A stretch of 64,000 nucleotides of DNA from Octopus vulgaris (Eukaryota). A program made the position numbers and the translations under genes. Positions 27,430 through 42,638 of the stretch are shown piece after piece. The stretch spans positions 140,802,001-140,866,000 of the forward strand of contig OX597815.1 of assembly GCA_951406725.2 (NCBI GenBank), written 5' to 3'. Numbering within the stretch: the stretch's first letter is position 1; every line of letters starts with the position of its first letter. The notes beneath the pieces were generated by a model. It saw only the letters and a program-made list of their open reading frames with translations, made no database searches and had not been told where the DNA came from.

Positions 27430-27750
27430 ATAGCCTTGAAACTGGCCTCTTCAAAAAGTTAATGAAGGTAAAATTTAAGACTTATGCTAAGCAGAAATCT
27501 TGCCGACATCAGGGTCTGGAAAAACACTTATAATTGCTGATATGACAAAGACAAACAAGCGGCAGACGAAAACACCTACAAAATGTTTCTGAATAGCTGC
27601 ATAGCAAAGGCATCTGAAAAATCAAATACCAACATTTATAATACAATAAACAGAGAAGCTAAAAACTTAGGAAGAAAACTACAGTGTAATGACAGAAACG
27701 AATAACTTGCAATCATCCAAGCCTGTGATAACACTGAATGATGACAAAAT
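27430..27750 (+). mobile_element. Degraded Penelope-like ORF fragment (upstream of RT)
   Basis: GKTLIIAD..., YNTINREAKNLGRKLQCNDRNE and ITLNDDK, matching the PLE motifs ADKT, INxEAK and ITLKDHK. Confidence 0.6.
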
Positions 27751-27874
27751 ACCATAGCGATATGTGTGTGCATGTGAGCGTGTGTTTGTACATTCACACG
27801 CATACACACAAACAGACAAGCACTCACGCACCCACATACATATATATGTAACGAAGCACTGATGCCTACAAACG

Positions 27875-28092
27875 CAGGCATGGCTGTGTGGCTAGAAACC
27901 TCGAACTGTAGTCCTGTGGATTCTGGTTCAGTCTGGCTGTGTAATATGTTGCAAACTATCTTCTAATACCTTGCTAATGAATTTGGTAGACGAAAACTAT
28001 GAGGAATCCTGACATATATGTGTTTGTATGTGTGTGTGCACGTACCCCCCACCGCCACTTGACGACCGGTTACCCCGTAACGTAGCGGTTCT
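27875..28092 (+). mobile_element. Diverged SINE family B copy
   Basis: gcaggcatggctgtgtgg...gaatttggtagacgaaaact...cttgacgaccgg...ccccgtaacgtagcggttc. Confidence 0.6.
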
Positions 28093-28115
28093 ACTAGAGA
28101 GCAATAATATGAATA

Positions 28116-28968
28116 TAGAGCAACATCGGTTCTCGAAAGTCTCATGTCGAACAAATCGGTTTTCGAAATGAAAATTCGAGATGAAAATGCCTAGGTTATC
28201 GAATATAATTTCGGTTCTCGAACAACATTGTCGAATCGAGCAGAACCGAGATAACCCAATGGAATCATTTGTGAGTTCATCACCGTGTTATATATATTCG
28301 TGTGTTATGCTGAGAGAAAGACGATTGAAGTGAAGAAAGAAATCATCTCAAAACACGGAAATGGCGTTTGTGTGTCACATCTCGCTGTGCAGTGCGGTAT
28401 GCCTAAGTTGACAATATCTGCTCTTCTAAAAAATAAGGAAGTGATAAAAGGAGCTGATGTTGTAAAGGAGTGACTGTTATTAATAAACAAAGACTAAAGA
28501 TACTCGAAGACATGGAAAGTTATTGCTTATTTTTATAAATTAGAAACAGCAGGTGACAGTATCAGTGAAGAATTTGTGAGTTCAGTGACTTGATAAAGGA
28601 AGAAGGTTATCCCCCCTAACAAGTGTTTAACGGGGATAAAATAGGATCATGATTATTTTGGAAACAAATGCCAAATAGGACCTATATTACTAAAGAGGAA
28701 AAGCGTTCCCAGGGCACAAGCCAATGAAAGTTGTAAGTTTTTTATAGAAGGGGACTCCCATTCGAAGAAATAACCCACTTTTTTGTGTTATGTACAGTTT
28801 CAATAAACGTGTTTATACTAAAATATATAGTGTAAACACGTGGTTCTTGGAAACGAATTAATATCTTTTACAGTAATTGTAAAGGGGTAAAATGATTCGG
28901 TTCTCGAACAATTCGGTTTTAGAACAGACTTTCAGAACAAATTATGGTCGAGAACCGAGGTTGCTCTG
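28116..28968 (+). mobile_element. Tigger/pogo DNA transposon, internally deleted
   Basis: TIRs tagagcaacatcggttctcga / tcgagaaccgaggttgctctg with TA flanks. CENP-B-type HTH KTIEVKKEIISKHGNGVCVSHLAVQCGMPKLTISALLKNK, and LFWKQMPNRTYITKEEK...GHKPMK. Confidence 0.92.
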
Positions 28969-29101
28969 TAGTTGACTTTAAAATAACATATAAATATTGG
29001 GATCGATTTCTTCAACAGACCTTTATAGATGGTGCCCTTGCATGGTTGCAGTCATACATAGGTATGCATATGTGTCAACCACTCTCTCTCTGTGTATGTG
29101 T

Positions 29102-29154
<53 letters not shown>

Positions 29155-29158
29155 CATA

Positions 29159-29208
<50 letters not shown>

Positions 29209-30646
29209 TATGTATAAGTATATATATATATATATGTATATATACATACATACATATATATATATATATTTATATACATACATATATACATATATATATA
29301 TGTATATACATACATATATATGTACATATACATATATATTTACACACAAATATATCAGTATGTATGAATGTGATTTGTATGAGTGTATATGTGTGTCAAT
29401 AGGTACGGTTGTTTGCGCTTATAAACTATTTTAATTAGAAACAATAATTCACAGAATGGAGAGTGCGAAATATTGTCGGACAAAATCATATCCAATATTG
29501 AGTTAAGGGATCGTAAAACGTAGTTCAAGTTTCCGGAGCAGCTATTCTTTAGAGTTAAATGGACTCCATATACAGGAAATTTCGTTTTCTATCATAATTT
29601 GGGGGTTGTGAGTTTCAGTATTGATTTTGAAAGATTATTATTAGATTTGTGAAAACCGCCGTTATTAATTTCCATATCTGTGTTTCCTGAGGGCTGTCCT
29701 TTTTTAACATCGTTAGAACATCGGAAAAATAGCATTTGTTCCTGTTCTTTACGTTTTGAATTCAGATTCTGTGGTGTTCTTATGTTTTCATCCTTCAATG
29801 GTTGGTATAATTTGTACTTGGAATGATTTAATCGACCATACTTACACCATTAAAACGAAATAAAAAAATATCCCCTCTAGCCATGAGCTTCTGATAGAGA
29901 GAATTGTGCATGAAACTTCTCACAATAAGTCGTTTATGCTGATATTTTTGTCAGCAACAATATGCTGAGAATTTCCTTCTCAGATTTCGTTATAAGTTAC
30001 TGATTCTCTCTTGACTGGCACAAGGAAAACGAAAGTGAGTGTGAGAGAGGTGCTAACTTGCGTCATCAATTTCGGGTCATATATTGGCGAAATCAAAATA
30101 GGAAACAAATACCACTTTCCAAGAATCTAATAATTACAAGTGGAATATTATAATACGGCCTACTTTTGAGACATAGAATAAGTCATTACTGAAGCCTTAA
30201 TATGCAGGAAAAATAGTTAAAAAACCAGAAGAAACTGCATTGATATTTCTTATATATTTACACTGCTGTACTAAATAATACTCTTCCCATTTACACAAAT
30301 ACAATGGAAGATGCAAACAGGACAATAGAACAGTAGATAGTCGACAGACTAGCAGGAAATAGCGGCAGAATTGCACTCAAAGCATACATATAATTACATG
30401 ACGATCAATGTTTTATTGTTGTACTCACGAGTCTACTTACGAGGCAGTAAGAAAGGTCTAAACGAACATATTCGCATGTTCACTGACAATGGCTGCAGAG
30501 GCATTCCCACAATACGCTATGGCACTACATTAAGAGTTACAATATACTATAGCACTTCCATGAAATAAAACAAACACATAACAATGAACTAAACGTCAGC
30601 CTTTATGTATTTTTATGTATGTATCTATTTATCTATAAATATATGC

Positions 30647-30695
<49 letters not shown>

Positions 30696-30714
30696 CTGCA
30701 TATAATATATATAT

Positions 30715-30729
30715 TTATTATTATTATTA

Positions 30730-30820
<91 letters not shown>

Positions 30821-30821
30821 C

Positions 30822-30848
<27 letters not shown>
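30715..30848. repeat. (TTA)n microsatellite
   Basis: Direct inspection. Confidence 0.95.
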
Positions 30849-30852
<4 letters not shown>

Positions 30853-31329
30853 ACATGACGAGAAGGATAGCCAGAATAGTATTCAGTAAAGAAGTATTCG
30901 CTACTAATATAAGTTCCATTAATGACAACCTTCTTATATTCATATGTAATATAATTATTCACAATCTCACGACTACGTCCTGAAAGTTTGCCGTGTTTGT
31001 TCATCGTGGTATTGTTCTCTTCGTTCAACCGCACTCGTTTTTCTTTCATTATGTTTTCCATTGAAAAACAAAACAGAAACAAAAAACAATAAAACAAAAC
31101 CAAAAAAATCACAGTTATAAGCAAGCAAACATTATATAAAAATACGACAATTCTATAAACGCATCAGTCCTTTAGCAGACGAAATTTCACACAAGCACAT
31201 ACTAGTACTATTACATAGTAAAACAAATGCTCACAAACTATGCGTATGAAAGCTCACAAACGCTCACAAACTGTGTTTATACATTCTTGTGTGCGACAGC
31301 ATATATCATATATTTTATTTACATGTAGA

Positions 31330-31375
<46 letters not shown>

Positions 31376-31604
31376 CATATACATATGTGTATTCCTATAT
31401 ATGTAATTATATATATGAATATGTATGTGTGTATATATATATATGTGTACGCATATGTATATGTATGTATGTGTATGGATATACATATCTATGCTTGTAT
31501 AATAATAGATGTACGTATATATATTCTTTATACATGAGTATATTCTATATATTTTAAAGTAAATATGTATACATATGCATACATACACACTCACCCACAC
31601 ATGC

Positions 31605-31698
<94 letters not shown>

Positions 31699-32185
31699 GT
31701 GTGTGTGTGTGCAATTGAATAATATATATATTTTCGTGCACACACACATATGTCTACGTGTCTGGTAGGCATTTCCCTATCTCGCAATCTTCTTCGGTGA
31801 ACCAGTTGAAGTGTAAAATATCATATTACTATTTATTTGTAGATAAATTTGTTAACCCTTTTCCCTGAATCCTTGTTTACAGAGATAACAGAATGTCATG
31901 AATTGTTGGGCACCATTCTGTTAGAAATATGTAAGCGTTTTATATTTTATTTATAGTCAAGCAATTTTACTGTGATAATTAAATGTCAGGAATTTTAAAA
32001 TAGTTCTAAGAACGTTCTAGCACTATCTCGACCAGTTCAATACTGCTTCAAAAGATGGCGACGGTACAGCGACGATAACAATGTCTGCGGCGACGGCGGT
32101 TGACAGCACGAAGACGATGGTGATGTTTACGATTGCGATTGTGATAAGTGTGACGTTGATGGTGCTGATTATGTTGATCCAATAA

Positions 32186-32376
32186 GGCGACGAGCTGGCA
32201 GAATCGTTAACTCTCCGGACGAAATGCTTAGCAGTATTTCGTTTGCTGCTACGTTCTGAGTTCAAATTCCGCCGAGGTCGACATTGCTTTTCATCCTTTC
32301 GGGGTCGATAAGTTAAGTACCAGTGAAACAATGGGGTCGATGTAATCGACTAGTACCCTCCCCACAAATTTTCAGG
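32186..32376 (+). mobile_element. tRNA-derived SINE, family A
   Basis: ggcgacgagctggcagaatcgtt...ctgagttcaaattccgccgaggtcgac...catcctttcggggtcgataagttaagtacc. Confidence 0.9.
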
Positions 32377-33191
32377 CGATGATCATAAGATGTATGATGT
32401 GCTGTTGATTAGATCGATGGTGATGATGATGATAGTGGTGGTGGTGGTCTTGATGATGATGATGATGATGTTGATGATGATGATGATGATGAAGATTAAT
32501 TGAACATGTTGCACACAGAATTCCAAATCACCTAGTATTCTGATATTTAAATTATTATCATATAAACTTGCTATGGAGTGAATGGAGATATGCTAACTTT
32601 TTCAACAAGAAAATTACCGCAAAGCTGTGTTATAGTGGCATGCACACAATCCTATAACTTGTTTGGCGTTGGGTTTTTATTCTTCTTTTCCGTTTTACGA
32701 ATTCAGTGTGCAATTCCGGACTGCGTGTTCATACTTCTCTTTCTGGTTCCTACTCAAAACCGTTTATAGAACATAACCATCTCACGAAACTGCAGTCGTG
32801 ACGACGCTTGTGAAAAAAAGATTTGTCTCTAATTCATACAACGAATATGAAGTTTTGGTGACTTAATACCCTTCTGAAATAATTATACAAACTAATAAAA
32901 CCAATAACAAATAAGGAAAATTTATAGCTAGCGCATTGTATCATTCCTTTAGTGACACATTACATCTCAATAAAGGAAACTAAGTTGGGTGATTGTGGGA
33001 CAACATGGAATGTATTTGTTCTTGATGAGGTTTTATCTGCTGTTAAAGAAGAAGAGACGTGATGTATATTTTGCTTAATGTCTCTTAAAATGTTGAATTT
33101 TTTCGATGCGAATATGACTTACAGCCATAAGCTCTGGCTTTGTCTCAATCAGTTAGATAATTATCTTGTTATTACTGTTAATAATTGTTTC

Positions 33192-33387
33192 TACTACAGG
33201 AACAAGGTCTGAAATTTGGGGTTCAGGGGTTAAGTCGGTCCCCCCTCCAGTGTTTGACTGGTACTTGTTTTATCGACTCCTGAAATAATGACCTGCAAAG
33301 TCGAACTTGGTGAATTTCAACTCAGAATATAATGTCGGGAAAATGCCGCTAAGCATTTGTCCTGTGTGCTAACGAATCCACCAGTTT
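33192..33387 (-). mobile_element. Diverged SINE family A copy
   Basis: Reverse complement of the family A body (ctggtacttgttttatcgac...aaagtcga...aactcagaa...gctaagcattt). Confidence 0.7.
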
Positions 33388-34129
33388 TGATAATAATCTG
33401 AATTAGCGTGAGATATACAAATGGGTTTTTGGAGAACGTGTATTATTTACTTTAATGTCTGTTTCACTACAATTTGATCTCGATAATTACGTATTCATAT
33501 TGAGCTAACTAAAATCCCTAAGGATTAGCTTACTGTAACTCCATTCATCTATTCAAGTTGACAACATAATTCATTTCTCTTGCACAACTCTTACTCGTTC
33601 GCCTTCCCTCTTTTCCTCTGTGTTTCTATGTCTGTTTCTCTGAGGCCTGATATCATTACTTTATTACTTCTACATCATCTTTGGCATATAATAATAACTC
33701 TAGCATTTTCTCGGTGCTAGCAAAATTTCGGTGCACCCCCATTCCAATACGGATGTAAAAATTAACTTATCAGATAGGAAAAAGATGGTTCTGTTATTCC
33801 CGTTCTGAATAAGTATATTTGTAAAAGTCACTGTAGTTTCTTGATTATTGCGTAATACCATAAAATGTCTTCAATAAATTTTTTTTAATAGGGCTTATAT
33901 AGTAATATACAAATTATGAATCTATCTCAAATAAATGAAATTTAGAAAAGTATGTTCTGCCAATTTTATAGTGATAGTGTCATTTTTTTGTATAAATATT
34001 TGTCTAATCTTCGTAATATTTAGGCTACTCAATCTTATATCTAATATATTTCAGTTGACGTTGCATAAAATTAATTCAAAAATATATTAATTCTTACAAC
34101 CTTGGAATATAATACTATTTAATCTGTCT

Positions 34130-34250
<121 letters not shown>

Positions 34251-34407
34251 CAATGGTTAATGCAGGAGTCGACAACACACACACACACACACATACACTT
34301 GTATGTATATATGCTCACATATAGGCAAACTTACATACTTATATATGTGTACATGCATACATACATATATGTTTATATATAAAGTAAATGTACTTACATA
34401 TTTACAA

Positions 34408-34492
<85 letters not shown>

Positions 34493-34500
34493 TGCATTTT

Positions 34501-34539
<39 letters not shown>

Positions 34540-34931
34540 CCATGTATAACTATATAGTTCTATATAATATACATGCGTGTGTGAAAGAGAAACAGAGTGA
34601 GAGAGAGAGAGAAAGAGAGAGAGAGAGGAGGAGGAGGAGGAGGAGGAGGAGGAGGCGCGTGTTTATATGTGTAAGTAAAAGAAACACGAACACTTCCAAA
34701 AATGATACCATGAAAGGTTAATTTAATTTCTTTCGATATATTTTCTGTTTTTTTTTCATTATTTTAGGTTGATTAAATTACATTATTAATCCAATGAAAC
34801 CAGTAGCCTACTTTGATAAATCTGAATACTGTCTTTTGCCCATAATGAAGATCTAAATAAAGTTTCGTCTTTTTTATTGTCAATATACATTTACTCATAT
34901 GAAACCTCTTAAAGTAATAATAATAATAATA

Positions 34932-35063
34932 GTGATGATGATGCCGATGATGATGATGATGACGATGACGATGACGATGATGATGATGATGACGATGACG
35001 ATGACGATGATGACGATGACGACGACAACGATGACGATGATGATGATGATGATGATGATGATG
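34932..35063. repeat. (GAT/GAC)n microsatellite
   Basis: Direct inspection. Confidence 0.95.
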
Positions 35064-35065
35064 AG

Positions 35066-36460
35066 TAGGCCAGACATTATATAGAAAGACTTCAGACAAG
35101 AATTATGCCTCCTTATTGATATGACTGTCCCAATAGACATAACTGTATCTTTCAAGACCTACCAAAAACTGAGCAAGTATAAAGATCTTGAAATAGAAAT
35201 TGGCAAATTGTGGAATTTGTGTATGTCAACAACAAAATGAGACCATTGATCATGTTGTCGCCATGTGCAGTTTCTTGCGCCTACAGAGTATCTCAACAGG
35301 CATGATAGAGCTGCACAATATATTCACTGGGGAATTTGCAAAAATCTGAACGTACCATATGATAAAAACTGGTTATAATGAAGAACGGTATCAAAAATCT
35401 TATGCATGGCTTGAATAGACTTCAAAAATCTTTCGATGTGTTGCATTTGTCGGTTTTCGAAACAACCGATATGTGTGGAACAGTTGTGAACGTGTGCACA
35501 CTGATTAAGAACAGCATGCCTATTTGGGAAACACACCTTTCCTGTAACATCCAGCTTTTAGGTGAGATAACAATCGAAAGAGGTATCTTCCAAGGAGACT
35601 CTTGTTCACCTTGTTATTTTTTATACACTTGATCCCACTTTCTGTAGTCCCACGAAATATCAGCGTGCACTAAGAGCTGAGAAATGATGGACCTCGTTTC
35701 AGCCACCTTCTCTTCATTAATGATTTTAAACTGTTTTGCAAAAACAGAGCCTGAAATGGAAAGGTTGGTTGAGACTGTGAAGATTTGCAGCTAGGATATA
35801 GGGATGGAATTCGGTGTCTCGAAATGTGCAGTGCTTACTTTGAAACGGGGGAAAAGAGTAAATTGTAGGAGCTGGACAATATTTTGCACAAAGAAATAAA
35901 AGCCAAGGTCATCACCGCTTAATTGAAGCGCCTCAAAATTCTCTTGAAATCAAATGAACCTTGTGACTGCACGTAAAATATGGGCTGTGTCTATAGTCCA
36001 CTATAGTTCACCCATCCTGAAATGGATACAAGCAGAGATTAAGATTAAGAAACTCGATCACACTACTTGAAAGACAATGACAGTGCATGGTGCCATACAC
36101 TCGAAGGAAAATGTACATAGGCTATACATGAAGAGGGGTAAAGGTGGACGTGCGTTGATTAGCGTACGAGAGTGGATCAACATTGAAAGAAGAAATATGG
36201 AAAACTATTTGGAGGAAGCAAATAAGGACTGCTACAGTACACTGAGGGTGCAGCAGAAATTAACAAAACTGGACTTGAGTGTGCTCATGTATTTCGATAA
36301 AGAACAGCCAATAAGATAGAAGAAACCCTACTCCGTATGGAATTACATGTTGAGTTCCACCGTGAAACCAACAAATTGAAAGACCAGGAGGCATCAAGGA
36401 GGTGGCTCATGGAGGATGACCAAGACCAGGCTTTGAATACCAACTCAGTGAAAAACAATA
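35066..36460 (+). mobile_element. R4/Dong-like (restriction-like endonuclease) LINE fragments, rearranged
   Basis: RLE: RPDII...CLLIDMTVP...KLSKYKDLEIEI. Zn-knuckle: CQQQNETIDHVVAMC...YLNRHDRAAQYIHW. RT: ERGIFQGDS, SHLLFINDFKLF, IGMEFGVSKCA, RLYMKRGKGGRALI, QDQALNT. Confidence 0.88.
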
Positions 36461-36819
36461 TATACCTCTCTCTCTCTCTTTATGTCTCTCTGCCTTTTTT
36501 TTCAATCTCACCATCTCAACATCACTCCTCTGCTAAAACTCTCCTCTATATCCTTACCTTCAACTAGCATTTTCGCCACATAATAAACATTACCTTCATG
36601 CCATGGATGCTTCTCGCTCCGTCTTTTCTCTTTCCTTCTTTTCCATTTTCTCTCTTTCTGCCTTACTCTTCGCTTTATCCTCTTTTCATCTCTCCCTCTG
36701 TGTTCTCAATATTTTTCTCTAATCACATGAAAGCGTTACCAACGGGCTAAGTAGCATAACGACAATCAGTATTATAACAAGATTATTGTAATTCAATAGC
36801 ATATTGATTTGTGCAGGAG

Positions 36820-37340
36820 ATGCAGTAACTATTTGCATGGTAGTTATTTTCCAAGGAAAGGTAATATCTAGAAGACATTCTCTCACAGTTGGTAATAATG
36901 TGGTTGATGTCTTCAGTCTTGGTCTTGCACAACCTACATGTGTTGTCTGTCAATGCTTTTTGTCTTATATGCTGTAGGTACTTGATATATATCTCTCATG
37001 CTCGATTTGCATAAAGGTAACCTTCTCAGAGAACTGATTCATTTTATATTTGGTTCTGATAAATATATTTTACCATTGTTCATTGGCGAGAGATCTATAA
37101 CAACTCTTATTTTATATCTCGCTTCAAGTTCATTAACTATTATAATCATTTTTCTTATTTCATGGTCACAAATATAGACAAGAGTTACTGGTCTCCATCT
37201 TCTGATGCAGTCTTTGTTTCATTCAATACAGATTTGGGGCCACGGGCACCATCCTTGCATAAGAAGTATAGCCTGTCTAAATTTCTGCTGATATAGAAGT
37301 TTCCTGTAACAGTGAACAGCTTGCGAATTCAAACCTCAAT
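36820..37340 (-). mobile_element. Second R4/Dong-like LINE fragment, opposite orientation
   Basis: Minus strand gives RLYFLCKDGARG and TDNTCRLCKTKTEDINHIITNCERMSSRYYL (CCHC knuckle). Confidence 0.7.
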
Positions 37341-38086
37341 CTCATTGCGTTCCTGTGATGACCAACAAGCTCTATGTATGTAGGTATGCATCTCTCTCAC
37401 TCCCCCTGTATATATATATAACAATTATTGTTATAACCTTTGTCTGGATATGGTTCGATATTTGGAGAGGAATATTATATTATGTATATAATCCTCATTT
37501 TTCTCATCAGGATAATGTGATCACTATGAGCACTCCGATGGAAAGCTGATTTTGCTGTTGTGTATGTACGAATGTATATCTTCAGGTATCAGCATTGAGG
37601 GTTATATTCATATCAATTCTAAATCAGTAGTGTTCGGCGTATTCTTTCTATATGTTTTTTACCTTAGCTATGCGACAAAATATGTCTCATACTGAATTAT
37701 GTAATGAGCTCTATATGATAGAGTAAAAATTCTACAGCTCAATAAGCGAAGGAAGGCAAATAAAACAACTTTGTGTGTATTTAAAATTAACAGATTGAGC
37801 ATGCTCATTAATATATAAGAAATGCATCACATAAATGAAAAAAGAAAATGATCGAATGTAACCTGTTTCAGGAAATGAATTTAAGAAATGAGACGCTTCG
37901 TTGCTTTCAAGGACACGCGAATTGCATTGTCAACGACCAATATAATTCCCTCGCTCATAACGATATATAGAATCAATAGCTTGGCCTTTAACACTGAAGT
38001 GAAGCTATACCCATTGTTATCGTGAATAGAAATCACAAAAATAATGGATGACATATTTTTATACGGAACATATTCGCACACGAATC

Positions 38087-38125
<39 letters not shown>

Positions 38126-39416
38126 CTATAATTCAGATATAGAGATATTCTATTGACAATCCAATAATTTATTTATATTACAATATTACATTAAGAACTA
38201 TGAATATAATACATAACATATTACATAACATAAATGATTATAAAAACTAAAAAAATATCGACAATTGTTTTGACAATTATTTTTCTCTGTGTGCGTGTGT
38301 GTTTGTGTATATGTATATATGCATATACTGAGAACAAGAGAGATAAAGGAGAAGAGGGAGAGAAAGAGAAAGCTAATATAAACCCAATAACTATAAGCAG
38401 TAAGGACACTGGAAGAACAATGAGTAACGAATGTGCTAGTGATTTAACGCTTGGAAATTTCAAATGAGTAGGGAGTGTTGCTGTGTTTCGAAGTAAGTCA
38501 GTCCTTCATGAAGGAGAATAGAGTAATATAGGCAGGAGGAGAGATGGGGAATATTGAGTTTAGTCGAAAAAATAACATTAATGCTAGAATTACAAACTAC
38601 GAAAAAAGAGAAAAAAAAACTATGTGAAAGAATGATACAGTGAGAATTTCGAGGGACAATAAGCAAGCAGAGAATACGGTTCTGTAGGGTGATCGTGAAG
38701 AAAGAAATTGTGAATGTGGCTGGAACTAAGTATAAGATGGAATAGTGGCGATGTGTGCATTGGTAGCGTATGTACATGCACGCACGCACACACACACACA
38801 CACATACACACTCACATACACACACACATGCACTCACACACATATGTATGTATATATGATGTATTTGATGTGTAAATGTTGTAAATTTATGAGTATTGTC
38901 TGATAGCGTTATTGGTAGTTAGCTGCTATGAAGGTGTATATGTTAGGCATTGTGGGTGTACGAGGTGTATGACTAAAAGCGTTGAGAAAGTATTGTAGGA
39001 CGGCGTATTTAGTGTGAACGCCCTGGATTTTTTGTGATCAGGTGCGTAAACAAAAGCATGTTCGTATGCAAAAGCATATTTTCATGCGTGAGTCTTTGAT
39101 GCAAATGGTAAAGATATTAACTTTTCGAGATGTTGAATGTCCAATAAAATTCAAAAAACCATTATAGTGTTCTAAAATTTCAAGATGTGATTAGTAGTTC
39201 GACAATATATCATATATTCAAGAACATGTAAAAGTCTAAGACAGTGAAATGAGGCAGTGGATGGGAGTAAAAAAGTGAAAAAGTAGTAAAGATACTTTAC
39301 AAGTGTTAAGGGACTGTCGGGGAGTAGCTTACATGAGAGAGAGAGAGGAACATCTAATCATTTTTGAAAGGAGTACTGATGCCAGAGAAGTAATGGACAA
39401 AAGACTATAAACATAG

Positions 39417-39419
<3 letters not shown>

Positions 39420-39506
<87 letters not shown>

Positions 39507-39553
39507 GTTTCTATGTGTGAAGTCGCTGTTTCTATGTCTGAACGTGTATATAT

Positions 39554-39636
<83 letters not shown>

Positions 39637-39687
39637 GTTTCTATGTGTGAAGTCGCTGTTTCTATGTCTGAACGTGTATATATTTTG
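39420..39687. repeat. Tandem duplication of (GT)n plus a unique ~54-bp unit
   Basis: ctggtttctatgtgtgaagtcgctgtttctatgtctgaacgtgtatatatttt occurs twice, each copy after a (GT)n tract. Confidence 0.9.
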
Positions 39688-41222
39688 AAGAATTGATGTA
39701 TATTTGTGCGTGCACTCCTGTTACTGTTTGTACATTTTTGTGTCAGTGCCAAAATAGCTCGTGGATAGCGGTGTGAAAGTGTGTGTATATGTGTGTATGC
39801 GTGTGCATAAGTTAAGATTGTCTGTGTACATAGGATGATGGTAGAGTGTGTGCATATATATGTGTGTTAGTGTGTGTGTGTGTGTGTGTAGCTAGACATG
39901 TGAAGCAATGAATTTCTGTACATGAAAAGTGTGTGCAAGAGTGTACAGTGTGGATTATTGTGGTGTGGGTGCAGGTGATGTTCTGGTAGCTGGCAAAAAA
40001 CGAAAACAAAAGAGCAGAGAGGTACCGGTGTGTAAGCCTGTATCGGGAGTTAGCAGTGATGGTTACGGGAATTAATACCTGGTAACCTGAAGTTGGGCTT
40101 TTAAAAAAAGAAGCTTTTAAGTTTTTAGAAAGAAAACAGCTTTCTGTTTCTTCTGGATGATGTACTGGAGGCCAGTATTCAAAGTAAAGAAAAAGACCTA
40201 GAGTTGTTTGGTCGTATGGTCAGTTGAAGGGAATTGTCGAGAGATAAGCGAAACGTCAAAGGAATAGAGCAACATATACAGTTACGATTGCGGGAAAAGG
40301 AACGGGTTCCGAATGTGGCAGATACGTCGGTTGCATCCCATGACAGTTCTGGTGTTGCAAAGTGAAGAATGTTTCAGAGGAAATCAGCTTCATGGTGCGG
40401 CAAATTTTGCTGGCGTGCTTAAAGGAGAGAAGTGGGTAGTTTATGTGAGGAATGATAGATAAAAATGTCGGGTGTTAAACGAAGGAAATGAAGGAATTTA
40501 GGTTTTCATGAAACGGAGAGACAGAAAGTGAGAGGCAAGAAAAACGGAGAGATAGGGAGAGAAAGAAAAGTGGTAGAGTCAGAGATGTGGAGTCGGTTCA
40601 ATCATCAGTGAATCGATTGTCTAGCACTAGATTTTGATCAGTGGATAGATGGCTGGGGTTGCGCCCCATTCTTTGCCAACACTCACGAAATGACATGGCG
40701 ACAGTTCTTATATACAAAAGACAAGTAATTAAAGATGCTAATGACTTCAGCTACACGGAAGAAAGGTGAAGGTGCTTGGGCACAGAATATTAAAGAAGCC
40801 GTTCAAGTGACGTAGGACCGATGGTAAAAGTCAATTGACAATGACCATGTTGGAAGCGGTTTGATGTAGAAAACCCACTTAATTTCGTCGATGTTGAAGG
40901 GAAGACTGTGAGAAGTTTAGAGGGGAAGTTATTGGCGGAAGCAGTGGGGTGGCCAAGAATGGTCGAATTTGTGAATATTCAATATTCAGAGAAAGCAGAG
41001 GATCGAAGTGCAAAGTGTGCATCTTTTCAACGTAGAATCTATGGGTAGCAGGGACGAAGAAGGTAATGCTGCAGGAAGCAGGTTGTTGTTTGTTGGTCGG
41101 GTTTACAGATTAAAAAGAAAAAGCAGAATAAATTCCGGGGTTGTCTCAGCCCATTTTTTCATTTAATGTTCAGCGAACTATACAACACAGGGCACCCGAT
41201 GTCCTGCCAGTTTCACAAAAAT

Positions 41223-41274
<52 letters not shown>

Positions 41275-41747
41275 GTACTTATTTAAATAAAGACAGGAAA
41301 GATAAAATTGACCTTAAAATTGTTTCCGTAAGCAAACAATATTCTTATCTAATATCTCATACAATGCATAACATTTTATGAGATACGGAATTAAAAAAAT
41401 TCAGTTTACTGGACAAATTTTAATGTAAATTTGATTTCACCTTCCTTCATTGAAATTATTACTTATATAATTCATTTTGCGACGGTAAGTTTAAGCCCGG
41501 TCGATCTTACTTTGGAGTTGTGTAATTTCATTCAAGTCAATAGAAATCATAAGGATCTCCTTTCAATTTTGGAATACATCTCTAGCCAGGATCCAATGTG
41601 TTAACTAGGTGATAGACAGGATTATTATAATTCTCTCCTCTCTCCCTAAATATATATATCTATATCTATATCTCTCTCTATATATATATATGTATATATA
41701 TATATGTGTGTGTGTGTGTGTGAGTGCGTGCATGTGTGTGTGAGAAG

Positions 41748-41852
<105 letters not shown>

Positions 41853-42524
41853 TATGAATATGTATACGCACACGCACATATATATATATTTACATGTATG
41901 CATACATAAATATATGTGTATACACATATATTTTTTTGCCTGTGTTTATGTATGTCTAAAATGCAATATTTACACATCAATCAAGCAAACAAATATCCCT
42001 AAAGGCTAAAGTGTAATAGAAATCTACGAAGAATCAGCACGTTTGCTTTACATTTCTTATGATGTTTTCGTTTCTACATTTGAATTTATGACGTACACTG
42101 TAACTAATTGAGCCGTGTGCTTGCAACACTACTCGTTTCATGACGGCCCCATATTATACATCGTAACGGTCATTCACCTAAGTTGACAACATATTTATTA
42201 TTTTTACAGACATTTATGCTTGGTAAGAGGCCTTATTTCAAAAGCAATACATTGAAGTGACGTGGAATCTAGGATTTTACATGTCACCCTGATATTTTAT
42301 ATACGCCTCCTTCTCTACCTCCATCAGCAATGAAATTGCAGTGTGGAATGGAATTTAGAAAACGAATAACAAATAAATATGTATAAACGGGTAAATACAC
42401 AGAAACACCAAAATCCGGGGTAAGACGGATGTTGTGCGTCAGCAAAAGGCGGAGTAAATATATCGGTGGCTTGCCTTTCCTCGGAGCAGGAAAAAGAAAT
42501 AACAAGTTAGAAACATGCATATAG

Positions 42525-42638
<114 letters not shown>

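Noticed and set aside
38900-41150. Possible ancient Penelope/GIY-YIG element on the minus strand
   Set aside because: Strand-biased composition and faint Cys motifs, but no unambiguous RT or GIY-YIG motif could be read.
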